Below, piece after piece: positions 46,842-55,644 of a stretch of 64,000 bases of DNA; position 1 is the first letter of the stretch; every line of letters starts with the position of its first letter. The notes under the pieces were generated by a model. The model saw only the letters and a list, made by a program, of their open reading frames with translations, was not told the origin of the DNA and made no database searches. The DNA is from Rhodothermaceae bacterium (GTDB lineage Bacteria > Bacteroidota > Rhodothermia > Rhodothermales > Bin80), in NCBI GenBank assembly GCA_009838195.1, contig VXSC01000002.1, forward strand, positions 4,456 to 68,455, in the 5' to 3' direction. The position numbers and the translations under genes were made by a program.

Positions 46842-47226
46842 TCCCCCTGCTGTCTATAAAAACGGTAATTGAAGACTATAATTTTGGTCAAACTTACTGG
46901 CTATGTCTATCCCTGCAGATAAGGAGATTTTAATCGGTCATAATGATCGTCAGTAACAAAAACCTGGACTGAATTTTTCATTTTTACCTGCTTGTTTCCA
47001 GCAGGGAGCATTTTACGAACTCAGTGAAATTGAGACCTGTTGCCATCTCAAAAGGGCTGCAGGCAGCGTGTCCATTACTCCAATTTTTTTGCAAAGTTAC
47101 TGATTTGTCCGTAAACACCACTGTAGCCTCGTCTCAAACACATAGAGATCAAGAAATCAGGCTTTCGGCAGGACCATTGCTGACCCTTGAGTGATGTATT
47201 AAAAAAAGAGAGGACGTGCGACCAGA

Positions 47227-48555
47227 CTATGGGATAAGGAATAAGGGGAGGGTTTGCATTTCGGGAGTACGTACCCAGTACATCCCAGAGGGGAGTCCAG
47301 ACACCGAAAGGATAGCACTGTTCTGGCATAAAGCCTCTTGTGTCCGAACGCGTTGTCCCAACTGGTTATAGATCTCAATAATCCCGCATGATGGGGTTGC
47401 CAATTGAATATTCACCGCACTCTCGCCAATTCGGGCGGGATTGGGAAACAGACTCAATGCATAGGGGGATTCTGGAACTTCAGATTGTGTAGGAGTACTT
47501 GCTCCCAGAGCGCTTGCTCCGGGAAGTACCTCACCCTTAAAATCGAATAATGCGAGGTTTTCCCAGGGAGAGCCGAAGTTGGGGGCAGCAATGTATTCAG
47601 GCGCCCAGTAGCAAATGCCCGAAGATACATGTTCCCATAGCCTTCTGATGAAGGCGGCTTGCCCATCTGGAGTAGCAGGATAGCCGGGCAACACATGCTC
47701 GGGCAGACCGACACCGTTATGTGTGTTATCGTTCCAGGCAAGCGTCCACGGATATGCGGTTTCGATAAGCATAACAGGTTTGCTGTAACGGCTTTCCAAT
47801 TCCCGAATAACCTCGGAAAACTGGTCAAGCGGGCCATGCCAGAATGGATAGTATGAGATACCAATCAGGTCGTAATCAAGTTCATAGGGCGCGAGGTTAC
47901 CGAAGAACCAATGGGCCCCTTCGAGGTCGCCTCCCCGGTCAATGTGCAGCATTACCAGAGCAGAACTGGCATCCCGTACGGCTTTTGCTGCCGAGCTAAG
48001 TAACCCGGCCAGTTTAGCCCATTGCTCCAGAACATCAAATGATCCACCAACGCGCCCGGTATTCCATAGCATGCCGGTTGTGATTTCGTTACCGGTCTGG
48101 ACGATGATCGGTGGCGTGCCTTGTTCGCTCAGGGCCTGGATAGCTCGATAGGTGTGTGCATAGACACTGTCACGCAGTGCGCTCTCCGAAAGCTGGGACC
48201 ATGCAGATGGTTTTTGCTGTGTGCCTGGATCGGCCCACGTGTCCGAGTAATGCAGATTGAGGATGATTTTCAAATTAAGATCATGCCCTCTGCGTGCAAG
48301 TTCCAACACGTCCGGCAGGCCGTCGCGTCGTTCGGTTGGCGTATGGAAGAGTCTCAACCGAATACTGTTCAGGCCGTTCTCCTGTAGAATATGGAGGGCA
48401 TCTCCCGCAAGATTCTGGGATGTGTACACGGCACCACCCGTCTCTAATTCATCCAGCATAGAGATGTCTGCACAACGAAGCGGCTGGGAGTCTGCGAGTG
48501 GTGCTATCGCACAAATACCCAGTAAGCAGGTAAGTATCCTATAATTGAACTGCAT
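47227..48555 (-). CDS. GH53 arabinogalactan endo-beta-1,4-galactanase with T9SS C-terminal domain
   Basis: 442 aa carrying ADISMLDELE, NSIRLRLF, HYSDTWADPGTQQKPSAW, the acid/base in QTGNEITTGMLW and the nucleophile in MLIETAYPW. The C-terminus reads LFPNPARIGESAVNIQL ... GMYWVRT. Confidence 0.8.
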   Translation of the reverse strand: MQFNYRILTCLLGICAIAPLADSQPLRCADISMLDELETGGAVYTSQNLAGDALHILQENGLNSIRLRLFHTPTERRDGLPDVLELARRGHDLNLKIILNLHYSDTWADPGTQQKPSAWSQLSESALRDSVYAHTYRAIQALSEQGTPPIIVQTGNEITTGMLWNTGRVGGSFDVLEQWAKLAGLLSSAAKAVRDASSALVMLHIDRGGDLEGAHWFFGNLAPYELDYDLIGISYYPFWHGPLDQFSEVIRELESRYSKPVMLIETAYPWTLAWNDNTHNGVGLPEHVLPGYPATPDGQAAFIRRLWEHVSSGICYWAPEYIAAPNFGSPWENLALFDFKGEVLPGASALGASTPTQSEVPESPYALSLFPNPARIGESAVNIQLATPSCGIIEIYNQLGQRVRTQEALCQNSAILSVSGLPSGMYWVRTPEMQTLPLFLIP

Positions 48556-48642
48556 TGTCTCGGATTAGCCGCACTCAGCCTCCAAAGTTCGATCCGTAAA
48601 CACTACCCAATCTCAGCCTCTTTCGAAACTACGCAGTCTCCG

Positions 48643-50535
48643 TCAGGATCCAACTCTGTCATGCACTCCAAAAAACTTTTGCAAGACAGGCTTTGAGTTT
48701 GGGGGGCCGGCATAAGTTCCAAAACCACCAGCTACGAGAGACGCAAGAAAACCCCAGATGAGTGGGTCCAGCCCCAAAGGACGGATGGGACTGATTTCGC
48801 CAAGAAAGACAAAGCCAATTACGTACAGAGAAACATAAGCGAGAGTCCCAGATGCCATGGATGTGATTGCTCCCATTTTATTAAAGCGGGGCCAATAGAG
48901 GCCCAGTGCTACAGGGGCGAGGAAGGCAACGGCCAGGCCACCTCCAGTGAAAACAATGATATACTGCAAAAATTGCGGTGGATACAGAGCTCCAATGGTT
49001 GCCAGCAGGCCAACCAGGACAGTGGTACCATAACTGAGCAATTTCAGCATGCGTTCCGTAGCAGCGGGGTGGATAGATTGCTGGTACACATCGCGGACAA
49101 TACTGGAACTGATCATCAGGATAAAGCTGTCAACCGTACTCATGGCAGCAGCAAATGGAGCAGCAATAAGAATGCCCGCCATCCATGGAATTCCGGCTCC
49201 ATCCGAGAGCAGGTAAGCCATCACGGGCATAATTCGGTCCGGTGTATGGTCGAGTCCGGGAGCAAGGATGCGTGCACAGCAAAAGATGATAATCAGGGGG
49301 AAATAGATCAGCGAGAAATACACTGCCAGCGATGCAATCGCGCGGCGCAATGTACGCGTACCTGTAAAGGCCATCAGTCGCACCATGTTGCCAGGCTGTC
49401 CCGTACCCGCGAGTGCCCAAAAGACGAAGAAGGATACGGCCAGACCAAGAGGCAAAAATCCATTCGGATCTGACGGGCTCGGTCCAGGTGGCTGCATATA
49501 CGTGCCCGTTTCTCCATCTCCTCTTGCATAGGACGAAAGCGGGTGTACAACGGGGATCACGGTTAATTCAGGTATCCCTTTTTCCAGGATTCGGCTGATT
49601 TCCTGCGGTGTAGTGATTTGTGTCACTTTCACCGGTGTGGATTCTTGACTCCCCACAGAAATTACCGTTGCCTCGTTCGTTCGAAACAACCGTCCATCGT
49701 CCATAAACCATGTTTCCGAATCAATTCTGATGTCTTTCAGCGGGTCTGAGTCGCCAATTGTAAAGAATGCAGTGCCCAATCGAGGCGGTTGCATGGACGC
49801 CATTTCGGATGAGGCATTGCGTAGACCTCCCACCTGCACCAACGCAAAGACCAGCATTAAAAGGACTCCAAGAAGCATGACAAACCCTTGCAGGATATCG
49901 GTCCAGACCACGGCTCTAAACCCTCCAAACGTGGTGTAGGCGATCACCAAAATTGCAAATACGAGTAGCCCAAGTACATATTCTGCATTGGTGTTCACTG
50001 GAATCAGCTCGGGTATCATATTTTGAAGCTGCAGAGCGGCCTCCTGATAAAACGGAGAGCTACCCAATAGCTGTTGCATAATGAGTGCAGCAAGCGTGAA
50101 CTGAGGTACGAGATACACGCACAAGAGGATGGCCAAGAGCAAAGTACTCATCAATGCCAGTGTACGGCTCTCAAAGCGTATACGGAGCACATCTGGAACC
50201 GTGATTGCTCCGGTTCGCTGTGATACAAGGCTAAGCCGTTTTCCTAAAAACCCCATAGTACAGAGCGGGAAGATCATGTAACTGGCGATCCAGAGCGCCA
50301 ACGTCCATCCATGGGCGTAAATAAGGGAGGGGAATCCTGCAAAAGAGCCTGCAGAGGCACTGGTGGCTCCGAAGGTTAAGGTGAGTGCAATGACACCCAG
50401 GCCGCGGCTTCCTAAAAAATACTCACTAAGAAACGCCCGTCGTCTGAAGGCATAATTGGAGATGACCGCCAGACCTAATACGACCGCAGTATAGCAGATG
50501 AATGCAATGAGTGAAGAGTTGACGCTGCCACTCAT
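48643..50535 (-). CDS. Sodium:solute symporter (PanF-like) with a large inserted loop
   Basis: 630 aa with SSS-type TM pattern (FLGSRGLG ... GGFRAVVWTD). A non-hydrophobic insert of about 95 aa spans residues about 255-350. The start overlaps the DUF997 stop (ATGA). Confidence 0.8.
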   Translation of the reverse strand: MSGSVNSSLIAFICYTAVVLGLAVISNYAFRRRAFLSEYFLGSRGLGVIALTLTFGATSASAGSFAGFPSLIYAHGWTLALWIASYMIFPLCTMGFLGKRLSLVSQRTGAITVPDVLRIRFESRTLALMSTLLLAILLCVYLVPQFTLAALIMQQLLGSSPFYQEAALQLQNMIPELIPVNTNAEYVLGLLVFAILVIAYTTFGGFRAVVWTDILQGFVMLLGVLLMLVFALVQVGGLRNASSEMASMQPPRLGTAFFTIGDSDPLKDIRIDSETWFMDDGRLFRTNEATVISVGSQESTPVKVTQITTPQEISRILEKGIPELTVIPVVHPLSSYARGDGETGTYMQPPGPSPSDPNGFLPLGLAVSFFVFWALAGTGQPGNMVRLMAFTGTRTLRRAIASLAVYFSLIYFPLIIIFCCARILAPGLDHTPDRIMPVMAYLLSDGAGIPWMAGILIAAPFAAAMSTVDSFILMISSSIVRDVYQQSIHPAATERMLKLLSYGTTVLVGLLATIGALYPPQFLQYIIVFTGGGLAVAFLAPVALGLYWPRFNKMGAITSMASGTLAYVSLYVIGFVFLGEISPIRPLGLDPLIWGFLASLVAGGFGTYAGPPNSKPVLQKFFGVHDRVGS

Positions 50536-50768
50536 GGGTCCTCCGCCTTCATGTAGAACAGGGCGAACCAGAGGCTATAGAGCGTGGCAATGACCCAGGG
50601 GAGGGCAATCCCAAACACCACCCATTGTGGCATCCCCCACAGCAGACTGATATCCCCGGATCCATAGGCAAAGAATGCACAGTATCCGATGGTCCAGATC
50701 ATGCAGATGCCCCATGCCACAAGAATGTGGAGAGCTTCCCGTCGTGCACGCCGAAAGGCTGAAGGCAT
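50532..50768 (-). CDS. DUF997/YhdT-like small membrane protein
   Basis: 78 aa with two TM segments. It lies immediately upstream of and overlaps a PanF-like symporter, as E. coli yhdT-panF does. Confidence 0.55.
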   Translation of the reverse strand: MPSAFRRARREALHILVAWGICMIWTIGYCAFFAYGSGDISLLWGMPQWVVFGIALPWVIATLYSLWFALFYMKAEDP

Positions 50769-50770
50769 CC

Positions 50771-51235
50771 CTATGAGCGAATCTCCAAAATGAGCTCAGT
50801 TTCTACTGCGCTCCCTAGTGGTAGCTGGGCTACCCCCACGGCGGAGCGAGCACCGATTCCCAAGTCGCCGAATACATCTTTGAGAAGTTGAGATGCCCCG
50901 TTAATGACCAGGTGCTGATCCGTGAAGTGAGGATCGGAATTGACATAGCCGGTCAGTCGAAGAACACGAAGGATACGCTCAAGAGAGCCCCCCTCCTGGT
51001 GGAACATCCGGAGATTATTGGCCACGCAGAGTGCGGCGGCCTCTTGTGCAGTCGGAAGATCTACGTCGGATGGGACCTTTCCTGCGTATTTCAGGTGTCC
51101 CTGAGTTACTGGTACTGCCCCTGAAACGTAGGCAATTGAGCCAATTAAAGTTACCGGCGTGTAGAGTCCTCCAGGACTCGGCACATCGTCAATCGGGTAG
51201 CCAAGTGATTCCAGGCGTTCGATGGGGTTAGTCAT
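50771..51235 (-). CDS. RidA/YjgF-family enamine/imine deaminase
   Basis: Start trimmed to MTNPIERLESLGY. The family pattern is present (YVSGAVP ... RSAVGVAQLPLGSAVETELILEI). It overlaps the M19 stop by 8 nt. Confidence 0.7.
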   Translation of the reverse strand: MTNPIERLESLGYPIDDVPSPGGLYTPVTLIGSIAYVSGAVPVTQGHLKYAGKVPSDVDLPTAQEAAALCVANNLRMFHQEGGSLERILRVLRLTGYVNSDPHFTDQHLVINGASQLLKDVFGDLGIGARSAVGVAQLPLGSAVETELILEIRS

Positions 51236-52328
51236 GGTTTTGAGGTAAAGAACGATGAAAAAAATCAAGCCAATTATCATAGAAGATATTATTTACATCG
51301 ACGGGGGAATAGCCGCGTGCAGAAAGCAGGCCAGAAACGAGCTGAAGGTTTGAGTATCGATCCAATCCGGTAGGTGTCTGATTTGTGCCAAATCCCCCAT
51401 CCAGGTCACTGCCAATCGCAATGTGTTTGGTGTCTCCTGCCAGATCACAGATATGGTCAATATGATCTATCGCTGCATTAAGGTTTACAACAGAACGATC
51501 CGTCTCTCCCCTTATCCAGTCAGGGTACAGCATCCACGCATCAAATGCGATCCCGATGACGGCATCCCGGTCAATCAGGTCACGGATCTGTTGATCGGAA
51601 AGTTGCCGCTGCCCGGGGACGAGGGTACGGCAATTATGATGACTGGCCAATAATGGCCCGTGATAGCATTCCATGGCATCGGACATACTTTCATCACTTA
51701 AATGAGTTATGTCCAGGATAATGCCAAGGGATTCAAACTCCCGCAAGAGGTCACGTCCCTTGGGCGTTAATCCTCCATCGGCATCTGTACCAGCAGCATA
51801 TTGTCCTTTGCCGTAATGAGTTAACCCTGCTGCGCGAACTCCTAGGTCATACCAGCGATGAAGATCTTCTATATCCAGGATGGGGTCACATCCCTCGAAG
51901 CTGACAATCAGCCCCAAGGCCTCGGGGTGATCCCAATGGTTTTTTAGATCGCTGGCCGTTCGGATGATCCATGCCTGTTTCGAGCGCTCCAGCCACCTGT
52001 AGTATGCAAGCTGCCCGTGAGCATGTGCATGGGCAATGGGAGGATGGGCATAATCCAGATCCCTCCTGAGTACATTCGGTGGGGCGTTGGTGGGTCCGCT
52101 TCGTGCCAGTAGAGTAGCTACACAAACACGCAGGCTCGCGGCCGCAAGCTCTTCCAGTGAAATCGCACAGTGTCCACGGAAAGGACCATCCCCATAGCGT
52201 GCATCGGAATCACATAAATCGCTCAGAGGAAGTGTGAGATCCCGATTAAAAGAGAGGGCATTCCATGCCAGGTCCAAATGCGCATCAAAAAGAGGAATGG
52301 ACGATTCAGTCATTTTTTCCTCCATCAT
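51228..52328 (-). CDS. M19-family membrane-dipeptidase-like (dehydropeptidase) enzyme, no signal peptide
   Basis: About 361-366 aa; the start is either 52328 or 52313. M19-type blocks are FDAHLDLAWN, GLTHYG, ITHLSDES, ASHHNCR and IAIGSDLDGG. Confidence 0.7.
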   Translation of the reverse strand: MMEEKMTESSIPLFDAHLDLAWNALSFNRDLTLPLSDLCDSDARYGDGPFRGHCAISLEELAAASLRVCVATLLARSGPTNAPPNVLRRDLDYAHPPIAHAHAHGQLAYYRWLERSKQAWIIRTASDLKNHWDHPEALGLIVSFEGCDPILDIEDLHRWYDLGVRAAGLTHYGKGQYAAGTDADGGLTPKGRDLLREFESLGIILDITHLSDESMSDAMECYHGPLLASHHNCRTLVPGQRQLSDQQIRDLIDRDAVIGIAFDAWMLYPDWIRGETDRSVVNLNAAIDHIDHICDLAGDTKHIAIGSDLDGGFGTNQTPTGLDRYSNLQLVSGLLSARGYSPVDVNNIFYDNWLDFFHRSLPQNHD

Positions 52329-53212
52329 GGAACATGAAATCCTGCGCGTCGGATCAGCGCAAGTGGAGGTCGGAATGAGGTGGATTCCGTATAGCCACTC
52401 CCAAAGTATCCAAACCCATTGACCACATTGGAAAATGATCCCGGTTCTACCAGAAAATTCTCATCAAAGAAGCCTACGGGCGAGATCCATTGACTGTCCC
52501 CTACATGGACTGTGACGTTAATTCCCCGGAGGTCAATGATAGCGGGGGAGACGCTATCATCCCGGTCAAATAATTGATAGATATCCAGGTAATCTTCCCG
52601 AAGATCAATGTTTAAGATAAATCCACCCACCTCGGGCGTTGCCAGGCCTGCGTAATTGAAAATCACCGGCCTGAAGATTGGGTTACTCCCGTCCTCATCA
52701 AATCCGACCAGAACATACTCAACATCTATGCGGGGAAGCGTGGGAGGGGAGCCCTCAATGAACAGTGGCATGATTGCCTGACCGGGCCTCAGGGTATCCG
52801 GTTCCAGAACCGTGAGATTCACCGGGGGCGGGACAGTGGTAATGGCTTCGGTTTCCGCTCCATCGGAGCGTGTGACTTTTAAGTGGTACGTCTCTCCCAT
52901 AGATGCCTTGAATTCCGACCAGTAGACGTGTCGGTAATCGCCATCCTCAAGTTGAACCACAGAATCGCGCCATGTATACACTTCTCCACTTTGAATCTGT
53001 GTGGTTGTCACATTTGCATCGATCGGGTCTGGGCGTACGAGTGCAATATTTTGTTTGATCTCAAAGATTCTCACAGCATGTGTATCGGCTTTCGGGTTGA
53101 TGATTCCGAAGACAGAGAATGGGTATTCAAGCTGTAGGCGTGTTTCGACGGTTTCCGAACAGGCCGAAAAAAGCAAAAAGGTGATTCCCACGAAGGCCAG
53201 ATACTTGTACAT
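52325..53212 (-). CDS. DUF4249-like lipoprotein (TBDR partner)
   Basis: 295 aa with a lipobox (FLLFSACS) and beta-rich sequence. It lies 2 nt after a CarboxypepD_reg-type TBDR, the usual DUF4249 context. Family assignment is from context and memory. Confidence 0.45.
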   Translation of the reverse strand: MYKYLAFVGITFLLFSACSETVETRLQLEYPFSVFGIINPKADTHAVRIFEIKQNIALVRPDPIDANVTTTQIQSGEVYTWRDSVVQLEDGDYRHVYWSEFKASMGETYHLKVTRSDGAETEAITTVPPPVNLTVLEPDTLRPGQAIMPLFIEGSPPTLPRIDVEYVLVGFDEDGSNPIFRPVIFNYAGLATPEVGGFILNIDLREDYLDIYQLFDRDDSVSPAIIDLRGINVTVHVGDSQWISPVGFFDENFLVEPGSFSNVVNGFGYFGSGYTESTSFRPPLALIRRAGFHVP

Positions 53213-53214
53213 GG

Positions 53215-55470
53215 TCAGTCGAGGTCAATTTTGAGGCCGGCAATCGGTACAATAGGTAACTGGTAGTTACGGGCGGCTGTAAAGAGATCCAGAGCAAAGA
53301 GATTGCGTCGGTTATAGGCGTTAATCACTCCGACCTGTGCGGTGAGCATGAACGCATCAAAGGTAAATTCACGCTCAATGGACAGATCTAATCGGTGATA
53401 CGTGGGAAGTAGACCACGGAAAGGGCGGCCATAGATGACGCGCTGATTGTCGGGTGCTGTAAAAAGATCCTTGACGCGGTCAAGTAGAAGGAATCCATCA
53501 AATCCATACACATGATTAAAGGGTCGGCCACTACCAAAATTCCATCGTGCACTGAGGTCATAGTTTGCAATCCGAGTGGTTGCAACGACGTTCAGTTGAT
53601 GCCGCCGGTCATGAGGGGGCCGAAAATCAAGATCTTCAGTGCCGAACCATAATTCAACTGAAGGCTGCTTTGAGGTGTAGCGTACGCTGGAAAGGCCATA
53701 GTTGATATATCCGTAGATTTTTTGGCGGCGGATTTCGGCTCGCATCTCGACTCCCATTGCCCGCCCATCAGCTCGCTGTAGGAGGGAGGTGAATCGGGGG
53801 AATGCAGTCCATTCGGCAATAAATAGATCTTGCAACTGTTTGTAATAGGTTTCCACCGACAATTCAAGCCATGGGTAGGGGCTGGTTCGGTAACCGGCAA
53901 GTGCATGAATTGACCGGGACAGATCTTCGACAGGTGCACTGCGCCAAGAGGTAAAGATATTGGTGGCGTCTCGCCGGTCGCTCAATCCAAAAATTTCCTG
54001 ATGATACCAGCCGGCCCCCAGACTCACCTCATGCTCTCTGTGTTGCCAGATCGCCCGAAAACGGGCCTCCAGGTTACTGCGCCCAGCCAGTTGTCCCGGG
54101 AATAATTCTGCGATTGCAGTCAAGCGGGCTCTGAGCTTGGAGGTGATATAGAAATCCGGCTCAAGATAAATCCCGGTCTTATGGCGCCGACTCATACCAA
54201 CGTCCAAGTCCTGAAACAGTCCACCCAGGTGTGCCGTGACCTGCGGGGAACGCCAATAGAGTCCCCACTTCCATTGGGTCCTTTCGTAGAAGCTGTTCAT
54301 ATGGACGGCATATTGGAATCCAGAGATTCTGGACCAGCGAACCGGGTCTTTGGTCGGCCCTTGATTGGTCTTCAGGAATGAGTAGGAAAGTTGGATTTCT
54401 GCAACGAAAGGGAGTGCTCTAGGGAGAACGACATAGCGCATACCGACTGCTGCATTGTGCCAGCTCACTTCTTCGAGAATTCGATCTTCAGCTTCGAGCC
54501 CAATCGTTCCCCGATCATTCGTGTAAATTCCGCTGATCGAAAGTTGGCTGTTGGAACCGACTTGCCCATGCACTTTCAGGAATGCATCCCCGAATGTGTA
54601 AGGCATATCCTGAGCAACGTAGTGTTGGGCAATTTGCTTGACAACCGATTGTCGTGCTGAAGCCAGAAAAGAAAGTTTGTTGTAAATCAGCGGCCCTTCG
54701 ATTTGGGCAGAGCTGACGAAAGGAGCGATGGAAGCGGCACCAGTGTAGTTGCGCTTATCTCCATTGCGAGATTTGATGTCAATTACCGATGAGATGCGTC
54801 CAGTGAACGGAGCTCCGTATCCGGCTGTATGGATGTCGGCCCGGTGAATGATGTCAGAGGGGAAGGCTGAGTAGAATCCGAGGATGTGATAAGGTTGATA
54901 CACTTGCATCCCATCAATCAGTGTCATATTGTGGGAGGGTTCACCTCCTCGAATATAGTACTGACCGCCCCGGTCCCCTAGTGTGACCACTCCAGGAAGT
55001 GTAGTCAGGAAACTGGCCAGATCTCCAGACACATCGGGTGTCGGGAGCAAATCCATATCCCTGGGGCTGATCGTTTGGAGTCCAGCGGTTACCTGGGCAG
55101 CTCCGGTCTCGACCTCGGCCTCCACAACCATCTCTTCCAGTACTCCTGGTGTGGACTGCAAAGCGACATTGAGGTTGAGTCTTTGTCCTGCCCGGAATAC
55201 AAGCGTGTCTGACCATGCAATGTAACCGACAAACGAAAACCGAAGTACATACGTGCCAGGTGCAATTCGTGTAAGGTTATAGATACCGTCACTATCGGTC
55301 ACGCCGCCGCGCAATCCTCCAGTATCACTCTCCAGAACCACACTTACACCTGCAAGAGCCTCCAGATCGTCTGCATCAGTCACAAACCCCCGAATGCTTG
55401 CAGTTTGTCCGAAGGTGGCATTGGTCCACATGGACAATAAAATCAATAGTAGCAGGCGTTGACTCTTCAC
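53215..55470 (-). CDS. TonB-dependent receptor (CarboxypepD_reg N-domain type)
   Basis: 751 aa with a GTG start and a signal peptide. The N-domain reads IRGFVTDADD ... GTYVLRFSFVGY, the plug reads YIRGGEPSHNMTLIDGMQVY, and a beta-barrel tail follows. Confidence 0.85.
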   Translation of the reverse strand: MKSQRLLLLILLSMWTNATFGQTASIRGFVTDADDLEALAGVSVVLESDTGGLRGGVTDSDGIYNLTRIAPGTYVLRFSFVGYIAWSDTLVFRAGQRLNLNVALQSTPGVLEEMVVEAEVETGAAQVTAGLQTISPRDMDLLPTPDVSGDLASFLTTLPGVVTLGDRGGQYYIRGGEPSHNMTLIDGMQVYQPYHILGFYSAFPSDIIHRADIHTAGYGAPFTGRISSVIDIKSRNGDKRNYTGAASIAPFVSSAQIEGPLIYNKLSFLASARQSVVKQIAQHYVAQDMPYTFGDAFLKVHGQVGSNSQLSISGIYTNDRGTIGLEAEDRILEEVSWHNAAVGMRYVVLPRALPFVAEIQLSYSFLKTNQGPTKDPVRWSRISGFQYAVHMNSFYERTQWKWGLYWRSPQVTAHLGGLFQDLDVGMSRRHKTGIYLEPDFYITSKLRARLTAIAELFPGQLAGRSNLEARFRAIWQHREHEVSLGAGWYHQEIFGLSDRRDATNIFTSWRSAPVEDLSRSIHALAGYRTSPYPWLELSVETYYKQLQDLFIAEWTAFPRFTSLLQRADGRAMGVEMRAEIRRQKIYGYINYGLSSVRYTSKQPSVELWFGTEDLDFRPPHDRRHQLNVVATTRIANYDLSARWNFGSGRPFNHVYGFDGFLLLDRVKDLFTAPDNQRVIYGRPFRGLLPTYHRLDLSIEREFTFDAFMLTAQVGVINAYNRRNLFALDLFTAARNYQLPIVPIAGLKIDLD

Positions 55471-55644
55471 GGTTTGCGAACCAAGGGGCTATGGATGAGA
55501 GCAAAGGAAAGATAATGGACATAGAGTTAGCCAGAACGCTTTTGGGTAGAGATAGGGTCATTTAGCCAAAGTGGAAGAACCGTTCCGCAGAGGCTGTTCC
55601 CTAACGCGCCCGCTACCCACCGAGAGAAGGACAAGCTTCAGGTG

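Noticed and set aside
55471-55644. Possible riboswitch (TPP or cobalamin) in the 174-nt leader upstream of the TBDR operon
   Set aside because: Only a GCGTTAGGGAA-like fragment is present. The CTGAGA / ACCC elements of the THI box and the B12 box are absent, and no conserved helices could be drawn by eye. A covariance-model scan (Rfam) would be decisive.
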